Positions 44,603 to 56,081 of a DNA stretch of 64,000 bases are shown here, in pieces (the first letter of the stretch is position 1; every line of letters begins with the position of its first letter). Position numbers and translations under genes: made by a program. The notes beneath the pieces were generated by a model that saw only the letters and a program-made list of their open reading frames with translations, made no database searches and was not told the origin of the DNA. Origin of the DNA: an uncultured virus (IMG/VR IMGVR_UViG_3300045125_000114) (Duplodnaviria; Heunggongvirae; Uroviricota; Caudoviricetes); IMG/VR virus record IMGVR_UViG_3300045125_000114; one strand, given 5' to 3'.

Positions 44603-45293
44603 TTAAAGGTAGTTCGTTACTTCGATCCGACCGATACGCTCCATCTTATTGATGTCTCGGCCCAATCCCATAACAACTTTCCCCGCCTGCAATCTGGTAT
44701 GAGTGAAAAGTTCCCATCTTCCCATGGATGGTTCCCTTGTGGACGAAAGGATCGTTCTCATCTTGGGTGATGAAACTTTCCGAATATAGTTTGGTGGGCT
44801 GGAACCCAATTGTCGCAACTTCAAAAATTGAAGCGATTTCGGGAGTCGTGCAAATCCAAGCCACGTTGGTTCGTTCCTTGGTGTTTCTTACCAAGACATT
44901 ATACATTTCCGAAAATCGCAGGTGCATGGACTCATATCTTTCTCGGATAGTGTCGCCGAGTAGTAAGGCGAAGTCGATAGCCGTAACATGACCCGCCTTG
45001 CAATCCCTGACTTCTTTGAAGGACAGAAACCTCAATCCATTTCTTCAGAAGGGCAGCTTCGTATTGGGTGGCACGAACTAGATTGATAGAATCGAGCCAG
45101 TCTGAGCCGACAGAATTTTCAGTTTTTTCAGGCTGTCCATTTGTCTGCTAATTTCGACTAGCGACCGCATGTAACTCGCTCTAGCTTCCTGCCCGTGATC
45201 GTCCAGCCAGTCGGCGTAAACCAACCTTGCGGTTTCATCCATCGGGTTTTCTTGGAGAGCCTGAATAAAAGCCAATTCTTCGCTGCTTTCCAT
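44603..45293 (-). CDS. TIGR02996-domain protein, probably fused to a gp23-like capsid fragment (frameshifted)
   Basis: AFIQALQENPMDETARLVYADWLDDHG is the TIGR02996 signature; downstream AWICTTPEIASIFEVATIGF resembles a T4-like major capsid segment. Confidence 0.6.
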
Positions 45294-45600
45294 GTCAATC
45301 CTCCCTATGTGGAACGAGTGATTCTACCCGCAAAGGAGCGATTGTAAACCGGAATTAGCCGTGTCTGGTGACGACGTTTTGCTTTTCGTCTAGGTTCTTG
45401 AGGGGCATGGAGTAAACGGTGTCTTTGACTCGGTAATGAACCAAAAATCGGTCCTATTCGGACGACCGATGCCACTTCGTCACCGAAGCGTTCGTGGTAG
45501 AAAGTTCCGTCGTTGAATCGGAACTGTTTGTTTTGCCAGTGGGCGTATTTGGGGTTGGATTTCATGCTGTAATTATGCGGTAGTTCGGGTAGATATTGTC

Positions 45601-46452
45601 ATGAATTTTCGAGAATGGTTATTTAGCGAAGTCGGTATTGCTGATGCTCCGATGCAATTGAAGCAGATCAACGGCTATGACGCACCCATTTATGCTGTAG
45701 ATTTCAACCACGAGGGGACGGATTTCAGTGTCCACTTCACCGGTCGGGCCGAGAGCGAGTACCCGAACACCTACTCCATTGGGTTTTACGGGCCGAGCGG
45801 TACGAGTACAACGGGATTAGCCGGGACGAAAGCTTCTGGCGTTTATTCAAAAGTAATGGCCGCTGTCAACACTTTCTTGAAACAAGTTCAGGTTACGGCG
45901 TTGCAATTTTCTCCCGCCGAGCCGGGTATGCAGTTGGTTTACCAAAAACTGTTCGACCGGATGGGCAATGAGTTCGTGAGGACCGACCTGACAACATATG
46001 TTAAGAGAGATTATCTGAAGAAAAACCTCGACAAGATGGGACAGTACGACAAGCAATCTTTGTTCAAGGGCATGTTGGACTCCTCACGGTTCTTTAGGCG
46101 TGACAACCAGCGAATACGCCAAGAGAAGAACGCCATGCGGCAAATGAAACAAAATCTGAAACCGGGTGGGTTCATTGGTTTGAAGATCGGTGGCGGCGTC
46201 GTTTGGCCCGCTTACTTGCTTGGGTTTCAGGGCGAATACGCTCAGATCATTTACGTCAACTCGCAAGGCACGCCCAACTACCACCCGGACGTGACCATTC
46301 AAAGCCTTGACGAGAAAGAGCCGGACCAGAACCAGATTCAACGGCTGGTTCAGGGGATGAACTACGGCGTAATGTCTGATATGTTCCCAAGCGACGTTGT
46401 GCAGAAGATAACGCCTTTGTTCTCCAAATACATTAGCTACGAGAGGGACTAA
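45601..46452 (+). CDS. Putative virion internal protein
   Basis: Clean 283 aa ORF with N-terminal MNFREWLFSE. Confidence 0.7.
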   Translation: MNFREWLFSEVGIADAPMQLKQINGYDAPIYAVDFNHEGTDFSVHFTGRAESEYPNTYSIGFYGPSGTSTTGLAGTKASGVYSKVMAAVNTFLKQVQVTALQFSPAEPGMQLVYQKLFDRMGNEFVRTDLTTYVKRDYLKKNLDKMGQYDKQSLFKGMLDSSRFFRRDNQRIRQEKNAMRQMKQNLKPGGFIGLKIGGGVVWPAYLLGFQGEYAQIIYVNSQGTPNYHPDVTIQSLDEKEPDQNQIQRLVQGMNYGVMSDMFPSDVVQKITPLFSKYISYERD

Positions 46453-47277
46453 TGGACTTCAAAGATTGGATAATTTCTGAAGTGGGCATTGCCGACAATC
46501 AACAGATGACCCTCGATTTCGTGACGGGCGGTTACGAGGTTCGTTTTTCTCACAACGGCGTTCCGTTCAAAGTGGCTTTCGAGCAAGTGCCTATAACTTT
46601 TCAACAACAAAGAGTCTTCCCGGCTTACGACGTAGTTTTCACTGGACCGAGCGGTGTAAGCACTACCAACCAGTCGGGATCGAGTGCGTCGGCAATTTAC
46701 TCAAAGTAATGGCGGCGATCAAAAAGCTTATGGACACGGTTGAAGTAAACGGACTTGCTTTCTCCCCGGCAGAACCAGCGATGGGATTGATTTATCAGAG
46801 ATTGTTCGAGAGGCTCGGCAAAGAATTTGTCCGGGTCGCTTCGTCGTACTATGTTCGACGCACATACCTGCAAGAATTGCTCTCGAAAATGGGTGAATCA
46901 ACGGCAAAGCCGGAGTTTATTCCAAAATTCTCGCAACCGCACGCAATAGCAGAGCAGAAGAAAAACAAGTGCGTGACAACAAATTAAAAGCAAGGAATAG
47001 TAGGCAGGGGCTTCAGGGTGGCGTTGGCAAGATATTTACCCTTTCTGACGGTAGGCCAATTTACGTTTTGGCTTTAAGTGCCAGTCGAGTCAGTGGTGTT
47101 TATCAAACTCCCAGCGGCAGAGCCAGAACGAACGACTTCGCCTATCACGAAGTAGAACCTCAACCGGCATCGACCGAACAAGCGCGTGAATCTGCTGACG
47201 GCAATCCGATCACGGTCTGGACAACAATACGTTCTTCGACCCAGGAGAAATTGACACTCCACAGATGCAGGCCTTGA
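46452..47277 (+). CDS. Paralog of the preceding gene (frameshifted)
   Basis: Shares SEVGIAD, GPSGxSTT, YSK, FSPAEPxMxLxYQxLFxRxGxEFVR. Confidence 0.7.
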
Positions 47278-47373
47278 TGAACAAGTACGGCATCAATAGT
47301 TGGCGAAGAACCAAAAGCTCGTGGCTCGGTTCCGCCCTCCTTCGAGTTGGGACGCCAGAGGGTGGGACCACAT

Positions 47374-48335
47374 ATGAAAACACTAACTTTCAAAGAGTGG
47401 TTGAGGACTTCTGACTCGTTGTTGGAAGACGTTGACGAGTTGGAACGTCAGCAGTTGATGTGCGAAGGTCCGTTCTCGTGGGTCGGTCGGGCCGGAACTT
47501 ACATTGGCGACAAATGGCGTGGGTTCTGGGACTGGCTGAAAGAAGTGAAAAGCCACTCTGTAACAATGTTCAAATTTTGCGTCTGGGCCGTCAAGCACTC
47601 GCCCGAAATAAGCGGAAGTGATACTTCACATTCCTTCTATATTGCGGGCCATCAGCAAAAGTCGAGTCGCCCGTGAACTGGCTACCAACAAGAGCGTACT
47701 CGGTGCCATTCAGTCGTTGGGGAGAAAAAGGAACTAGATCAAAACAACATCAAGACCGAAATAAACCGGCTCCAACAACTGGTTAGCCATCAAACCGACG
47801 AGGTGGCGGCTGCTGAAGAATTTTGGCGGTCTAGTGTCGGTTCTTTCGTTAAGACTCTTTGGAAGTTGTCGCACTTGGGGCCGATATTCTCTCGTCTTCC
47901 TCAAGTAACTGTTGTGAACGCTTGGAAAACTTTGATGTCTTTTTACGACAAGGAACAAAAGGGCATTCGGGTGGCGGGAGGGGTCAAGACGGCTCTTGCA
48001 GCGGCAATCGAGTTGTTCCAATATATCGCTGCTGCCGCCTTGTTTACTGGATTGTTGGGGAAAGTCCTGTTGGCGATGAAGATTGTCGGTTTGGGTTTGG
48101 CTCTGATGGGCGGGTCGTGGATCGTGTGGGCATCTTGAGCGCTGTGGCACAAGGGCGAATCGAAGGATGTGGCCGATGACGAAAAATCGTTCATGGCTAA
48201 AGTAGTAGCCGGTTTGATTACAGCCATCGACCCCGGTGCCAACCTCGGTTTGGTTGACAAGGCGGCTGGAATCAAAACCGGCTCAAGAGCCAGAACCCGT
48301 GGAGGTGTAATGTACAACTTGGTGCCGGGTGGTTA
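47374..48335 (+). CDS. Putative virion protein with hydrophobic C-terminal region (frameshifted, end approximate)
   Basis: MKTLTFKEWL N-terminus; later membrane-like helices in the 47803-48138 frame. Confidence 0.5.
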
Positions 48336-48369
48336 GGCGGTTGCTGCTATCTTGTATTGAAAACAAGAC

Positions 48370-49250
48370 CACTGAAAGTACGGTTTCACCATATCAACAA
48401 AATCAGACCAACCAGCTTTTGCGTAAATCATTGCTCCTTCTTTAAGGCCATTTGCTTGATTTTCTGTAGTGAATGGAAGTTTGCAATCCAAGCCGTAAAA
48501 GTTCCGCCCTCAGCGTCTCGCACCAGGGAAGCAAATCCGTTGGTGCAGAGAAAAAACTCCACTGCAACTCATTCCGTTTTAGGATTCCTACTTGTAGAGC
48601 CATCATCAGAATACCATACGGCACAAGCCATCGGGTCCAATCGACCTTGGTACTACTTTCTTCCTTGAGGATCACTTGTCTTCAACTCATTCCTGCAGGA
48701 TGCGCCATAGATCGAAATTGACACACATTTATTCTCTCTTGTGGGATGCTTGTTTAATCGGCCGCTTTCTTCTCTCACGACTAGCGGCACAGAACTCTGG
48801 TAAATATTCACCGAATAAGGGGCCGCGAGCATCCAAACTAAATGTTCTTTGCTTCGAGCCGCTTGTGTTTGCAAAATGCCGATTGTACTTCTTTGACGGC
48901 CTGAAATACAACCATCGCCCAATAAACTACCGATTACGATAGAATTTTGACGCTGTAAGTGGTGGAAAGATTGCAAATATTCTCGGTTCCATCCGGGTTG
49001 ATACTTAACGGAATCGAGAGCGACCGATTTGACTTTGCATATTGTGTCCAAATCCTTTGAACATTCTTCCAATTTCGGTTATTCAGTACGTTGCGTATCG
49101 AGGGTTTCCGACTTCGCTATACAGAGAAAACTAGATCGAGAACGGTATTGCCCGGTAATATAGACAAGCAATTTCTTTCTACGATTTCTCCGGTTAATTT
49201 GCAGGAATAACCATTGTTTTCTTTCTGATAGAAAGCGGCACAGGTTCGCC
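48370..49250 (-). CDS. LAGLIDADG homing endonuclease (heavily frameshifted, ends approximate)
   Basis: IVIGSLLGDGCI and, in another frame, LDPMACAVWYSDDGS. Confidence 0.7.
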
Positions 49251-49327
49251 CACAAAAAACTTTAACACTTTGCGGACCTCTGAACTTTAAGTGATCAAAT
49301 TCAAGACCGCATCGAGTGTAAAGAGCA

Positions 49328-49361
49328 AAACCCTCCGGTACTCACTATACCGGAGGGGTTT
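49328..49361. terminator. Intrinsic terminator
   Basis: AAACCCTCCGGTA-N-TACCGGAGGGGTTT hairpin. Confidence 0.6.
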
Positions 49362-49776
49362 ATGCTTTGTGTTACTTTTCTGGAATCTTACACAGAAACG
49401 TAAAGATGCGGCGGTGGATTTTCCATATATTTCAAAAGGGCGGGGCACAGCCAGCCCTCATTTCAATCATGTCGGGGTTGCCGTAAACGACCCCGTCCTT
49501 CAAAACTTCCGGTTCTTCTGCCACCTTGTACCAGTTGCCCTCAAACTCTTCGCCGTCGTGTTGGGCCATCATTTGATAGCCGGGAAACGGGGTCGGCGAG
49601 AGTAGAGAAGGAACCCGCTGGCGGCTTCTTCAATCGGAATGTCATTCAGGTGCAACAGGCTTTCCAGAATGTCGGGGACACCGGGCCACGAACGCCTCAC
49701 GGACAAGACCAGTGGCGGCGTCGTCAAAAACCCAACAACCTTCATACAGATACGGCTTGAGGAACCATGATGCTGT

Positions 49777-50463
49777 TCATTTTGCTTCCATTTGTTACGG
49801 TTTAGATTGCCTTCGTAGGTCACACCATCAATGGTGCGAGTGGTGGCCCACAAAGGCCGCAAGTTTGACAAAGCATTCACTACCGATTGAGGCGTGCCCT
49901 TCGGGAATGATGCCAAATCCTTAATATGGTCAATATGCCACTCACCGTAATTTGACCAAGACATTTGTGGCGTCCACAGTTTTTCCAAATGAAGTCGCAA
50001 CTCTTGGGCAGTGTATCCCTAGCATCTTGCGAGTTGAGTCCGTCTTTTCTTCTCCCATCCTGACCAAAGTCCTCTTTAGAACCGTTCGCCATGCGACGAT
50101 ATGACGACCGGCTCTTCTTCCATTCCTTCCTTCTTTTGGCTTCTTTGCGTCGGAATGATTCAGGGTCTTTTTCAAGTTGCTTGGCTCGCAATGCTTTCGC
50201 AGCAGCTTTGTAGGCATCTGTTTTCTTGCGGTAATCATCTCGCCGCTGCTGCCGGTAGTAATCAATTTTCTGCTGCCTATTTGCAGTAACACGCTGCCGG
50301 ACTTGCTCGGAATTTTCCTGATACCAACGTTTCTTCGTTCCGTGTTTTGCTTGTATTGCGAACGGCATGACTTGCAGTAGATGTTCAAGCCGTCGAACCG
50401 ACGACTATCTTTGTGGAACTCTGTCGTAGCCTTGTCTAGTTCACATTTGGTGCATTTCTTCAT
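49777..50463 (-). CDS. HNH-type homing endonuclease (frameshifted)
   Basis: MKKCTKC...CKSC zinc finger; MSWSNYGEWHIDHI...NLRPLWA...NL. Confidence 0.75.
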
Positions 50464-50494
50464 GACGTATTATACGCACAACATTCCTATTCTA

Positions 50495-50900
50495 CTACGG
50501 AAAGTGAAAGTTGTAAACTCTATTCCGTAATTCCGACTTCTTCTGACACGTCCTGACCTTCAACCCCACGACGGATTCCACGAAGGACTTTCGACGTAAA
50601 CACTTTGCCCGTCTTGGATTACCCAATATCGGCTGCCGTAGAAAAGCCCCTCGGAAGCGACACCTTGAATTTCTCTGGCTTTCACCCGGTTCTTCTTCGC
50701 CCCCGCCAGTTTGCCCTTCAACCACATTTCCTCGGCGATCTTGTCGGGAATGATGGCTCCGGGCGGGATGTAAAAGCCGAGCGTGCCTTCGTCGTAATGT
50801 CGCCCGACAACTACGGTATGACCGGCGACATTACCGATTTGCATGTTGGGATTGGTCGGGTGATCCGACAGGCTGATCTTCGCTACCGGACATTTCATTT
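50495..50900 (-). CDS. tRNA-binding OB-fold protein (DRB0094 RNA ligase N-terminal / PheT B2-like)
   Basis: HP...VVVG...YIPPGAIIP...RVKAREIQGVASEGL pattern. Confidence 0.55.
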
Positions 50901-53900
50901 TCGGCACCTTTCATTAAACGTCTGTAAGGGGAGACTTCCCCTTCGGGATTTTTGACTCTAAGGTACGACTCCCAATCGACGTGAGCGTAGCAGTTACGCA
51001 CTTTGATTTTGTAGCAAATGTCTTGGCTGTCGTCGGGGATGTTGTAGTGGGCGGCGTATTCGGCCGTCGTATCGCTTTCGACGCTGACTTGGCACCCGCA
51101 CTCGTAAAAAGTGCGAACGCCTAGTTTGGGGGTAGGGTTTGCCGGGTACTTGGCACCCGCCACGCCACCCTGCGTTGCATATTGGACAATTTTCAGGAAC
51201 CAAGAGGCATCGGTCGTGCCATACTCCCCTCGTCGTCTATTAGGCGATATTTTTTCTGTGTGCCGTCTTTGTTCATTGTCCAGTCGAGAGTTTTGGGCGT
51301 CTCGTGTTCGCCGCAAAACTCCACGATTGCGTCTCTTGGTGCGCCGCCTTCGCCTTTGACGGGCACACCGTTGACGATCATTATGGCGTGTTCACCGATA
51401 ATGATGTCGGTTTGTTCCTCTATGTGCCGCTTGATCCAGTAAGTACACATCGGCCCGGCTTGGGGCCATTCGATTCGTTTATCGGCAGATGATTGTCATT
51501 TGGTCTTGTTTTCTTCATCTTCTTTGCTTTGATCTTAGACACAGTAACGGAATTCAGTTTTTGAAAACACCGACCCCACGAACGATGTTGTTGACCACGG
51601 CGTTGGCGGTATTTTCTTACCACCAAATGCGAGAATTATCCCCGCAGACCGGCTTTGTTGGTCCGCAAGGAATGCTCTCCATGCCGCCGATGACAACGGT
51701 AATTACATCGTTTCGCCTTATTTGGTGACAACTTCCGATTCGTAACTGAACCCCGTAATTCCGCCCTTCTTGTGCCGCACCTCGACCGGATCGCCTACCT
51801 TCATTTTCGGTTTCGTAGAAGAGTAGTCAGTAGGTCTTCCCCTTGTCGGGATTTGGGACAAAAGCGGCGAACTGTTGTTGCGTCAGTGGGTACATTGCCG
51901 ACGCTGGCGTTTCTTGACCGAATGCGTTCTTGGCATTGTCGGTAGATTACCATGCGGTGCCCGGTGCCGTCGGGATTTCGCCTCACGGGTGAATGTGTAT
52001 TCGGTTCGTGTATCCCAACACTGGCGTGACCGAATTCGTAGTGTGCGAACTCAAGAACCAGAGTCAGGGCGATCAGCATCTTCTTCATTGGTTCGTTCCT
52101 TTTGGGATTGGTGTGCAATGGCGGTTCGGGCCGTTTCCCTCATTGCCGCCCTGAGTGCCGGTTGCCATGCCCATCTTCATCAGGTCTTCGGGGGCCATTT
52201 TGCTCGGTGCCGAATATCGGATGAACCACGTCGAACCAGTCGAAGATTTCAAGTTGTTTCTCACGACTGTAGTATCCGGCTAGGTATCCGATATTCGCTC
52301 TGGCGTGGTGCGTGTGTGGACGACGTATTCTTTGATGAATTTTCGGGCCTCTTCTTTGGTGTCACACACGCTTCGATCCGGTACTGCTTCATCAAGTCTT
52401 CTGTGGTAACGAGTTGTTTTGCCCTTCCAGATCATGGCGTCACCTACTAGGTTTTGCGTTTTGTGCCGGTGGGCACCGTCGCTGACTTCTGATGCCCTGC
52501 CGACGAAATGTTCCATTTCCACGAATCCCAGTGTTCGGGCAAAGGCTTGGCGAGAATCGCTTCGACCTTGACGTTCGACTCTTCGTACAGCTTGGCAGCA
52601 CGGTTAACGTCTTCAACGCTGATGTCGTAGCTGCCACGTTTCGTGATGCGACCCTCGACCATGTACGCTGACTTCGATCAAGCCGAGACCCGCCGCCGGT
52701 AGGCCGAGTTTTGGGCACAGGTACATTGCAGACGACAAATCGAGCATCAGAACCCATGCCGATGCTCAATTAGGCGCTTGCAAAAGGCCACCGCTTCTGG
52801 AATTTCCCACAAATCTCTGGGGTCGTCGTCGTAGTTGCTGATCGTGAGCGGGAAACCAGTTTGGACTCGGTGACACGAGGGCGCATCTTGTGGATGCACT
52901 CGTTGCGGTTCGGCGTCCGTCATGTCGGTGGTAAAAGAACAGAAGTTCATAGGTGATCTTCACTCTTGTCGGTTTTGGGTTTGCCGCTTCTTGCTTGTTT
53001 CTGTTCCTCCCTACGGGCTTCGATCTTTTTCTCTGTCTTCCTTATCCATTTTCCGGGTTTGTGGGCCCGAAATAACTGACATTTTCGTCTTGGATGGGCG
53101 GCGGGCGCTTTCGGCTCGTTGTGCCACTTCTCCTGACTTTCGAGCAGGGCCAGTTCTTCGGGATCGTCTACATCGACATCCGTGAAACAGTGTGGTGCTG
53201 TTCCTTCTGCATTTCCAACGGCGTGCGGTAGTGTTTGTGATCGGGCGGGATGCTTCCCATTTCCGCCCTCAGTGGGATCGTCTTCGTTATCGTCCCACAG
53301 AAAGTGGCCCGCCTCACTAAAAAAACACCAGTGTACTCGCTTGTGCCCTTTGACGCCTTGGCAGTCGTGGGCCGAGCCACACGCTCTCGGAACACTGCGG
53401 CTGAGTCGTTCTCTTCCACCATCGACCTTTGCCGTCGGTCGATACTAGCTCGGTCCGAGTTATTTCTCTTTTCTTTTGCGTTCCATATTGTGTCCCTCAA
53501 AGAAAGCGAAGGCCAACGCCGTTCCGCTGAGTAAGGTCATAGTGATGACAAATATCAAACAGTTGCAGCCACAACCCTACAGCCTTCGGGTGTGATTCGT
53601 TCTTCCAGTTCGTCCATATTACATCTCCCAACCACGTTCCTCGAAGGCTTTGGCCGGGTCACGTCCCGCAGCTAGTTCTTGCTGGTACAGCTTGAAATAT
53701 TTGGTTTCTTCCCACATCTGGCGGGTGCGTTCGGCCCACTTGTGTATTCCGTTTTCCGTGTCCGCTTCGGCCAGCATTTTGCGGGCGCATTCGGCCATGA
53801 TTATTTGGTGTGCGCAGAGTCCGCAGTTATCAAGATGGTCAACGAGTTCGTCGCTCTTTGACATGCTTTCCAAAAATTCAACGTCTGTCATATGAAAGGC

Positions 53901-54591
53901 CCATCGTCGGGGTGCGGAACAGACACCGTATCGTTAAAGTGCAAAAGAGCAAAACGGGCAATTGGGCATGTAAATGAAACCGTATATTGTTTCTTCGTTG
54001 CCCGTTTGAACAACATCGCCCATTTTTATGCACTCGGTATACCCCATCAACGTAACTCGTCCGGCGACTTGCACGGGGGTTTCGTCTGTGGCTCCCGCCG
54101 CCTCGCAGCGGCGGATGTACTCCTTCAAGTCGCCAATGTTGTTGATGGGATAATGCTGCTCACTCATGTTTTTCTTTTTCTTCGGCTTGAAGGTTTTGGT
54201 CTTGCCCTCGACGCTGATGGAGACATCGTCTTGGCGGCTGTCTTGCCAATTCTTGGGCAAGCTGTCTGATCCCCTTCGTTCGCCTCTTCGACGGACTTTT
54301 TGTAGTGTTCTTCGGTGGCAACGATCAAAGTGAGGCCAGCAACTTCTTGCGGTCCCATTGTACCAACTGAGGCCAGAGAAATCTCCCCCATCTCCGGCAA
54401 TTTGGAAATTACGGTCGCCCGATCATAAAGGGGGCAATCGTATGGCGGGTCGGGCAAACGCCAGAGGACGTTCATGGGCACTTCGCTGCCCTCGGCGTCG
54501 TCCTTCATGTACTGCTCGGCGGCGTCCAGTGCTTCTTCGACACTGTCGTACAGTTTAGGCACCGGATCGTAATCGAGTTCAAGAACGTATT

Positions 54592-55045
54592 TCATGATAC
54601 CTCCAATTTTAGATAGAGGAATTTGGGGGGCTTTTCGTAAAAGAACGACAGGTAAGGACAAACCCACGCCTGCTGCCCCTCGTTTACTTTCATGTTGAGG
54701 CCGTCCACGTTGTAAACCCAACCGTCAGAATTTGCCTTCGGCGAGGGTGAACAACACGTCGGCCATCGGGAAATATTCTTCAGAAAACAACAAATTGAAC
54801 CCGGACTCAGGGTCAATTCCTTTCGCCTGACAGCCCGCCGAGATTACCCGATCCGCTCCGACCATGACCGGCGACAGTGCGGCTTCGGTCATGCCAGCGA
54901 GGGCCATGTCAAAAATCTTGCCGTCCCGCTCGAACACCCCACCGGTCGTTACGCCCGGTAGGGTCAGAATGACTTTGACGCCCAACCTGTCGTAATCACT
55001 CTTGTGGGGGTCCATGTGGGGTTTCCATATAGTTTTCGTCGCCAC
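54592..55045 (-). CDS. DUF6717-like hypothetical protein (frameshifted)
   Basis: GAD..I, FxLLFS..FP, GWVY, AWVCPYL..F...P..LY pattern. Confidence 0.45.
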
Positions 55046-55624
55046 CGTACCACTTTTGAAGCAATCGCTCGATCTGGTCGTGCGTGAACCCGCGCCGCTT
55101 CAATTCGGCTTGCATCTTCTGGTTATCGGCTTCGATGATGCGGTCGCATTCTGCCTTTTCGCCACGCACTATCGACTCGAAAACGTCCGGGTCATTTTTG
55201 TAGATTTTGCTCTTGGGGTTGCTTTCCAGGATGAACACATGCGGCCCGTCCATCGGGAACACGGACGTTTTGACCCCGGCAGGGCTGGCGTCAAAGATGT
55301 GCGGCGTGCCGTTACGAATAACGAGTCCGCATTCTTTGGCGACTTGTTCGGCCAGTTTCCTTTTCTTCGACGGGGATGCCGACGATGAACCAGAGCATGG
55401 CGTCGTCGGGCCACTTCAAAATGTAAAAGTCGTACAGCTTGTTGCGTGCTGTACGGGGCGGAAAATGTTCGTACTCAAGCTTGGTGCAGAACAACGAGCC
55501 GCCCGGTCGCCCGGACATTACGATGTAATGCACCTTGCTCAAGTCTTTGGCGGCTCGTTCAAGCGCACTCAATTTCGCACGAAGATACTCGGTCGTCCAC
55601 GATTCACCTGAAGGTTAATTTCCG

Positions 55625-56081
55625 CTACGAATGAGGCAACTACGTCTTTAACGGTTTTCCCTTCAACCTTCAAATCCTTGGCCTTGAAAATTCCCATTGC
55701 CACGCCGACCGCCCGCACCGTCCGTTCTTGGCTTCGGCAACAGCGGTTCGTGCCTTTTCGTCGGCGAGAATTTCGGTGCGGATCGCTTCGGCGTCAAGGT
55801 ATTGGGGCAGGAACGTCGCCAACACCTCTGTTTTCGGCTTCGAGTTTGGAAAATACGGTAGGCGGCAAAACCATGTTCGGCCTTTGCCGCTTCCTTTGGG
55901 TTTGTTCAATTGCTTTCAGATTGCCGTTGATGACGCACTGGACGCAAGTAATCGCTTCGTCGTCGGTCTTGGCACCGTCCGTTTGGCACTTAGCCATCAA
56001 CAGACGGTACACGTCCTTGTCGTCGCTCTTGGCCTTAATCGCTTCCGTGAGTCTGGCACGAACCTGATCGAGAATTGCCAT
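55625..56081 (-). CDS. GatB/YqeY-like protein (frameshifted, end approximate)
   Basis: MAILDQVRARLTEAIKAK...RLLMA N-terminus and EVLATFLPQYL motif. Confidence 0.6.
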
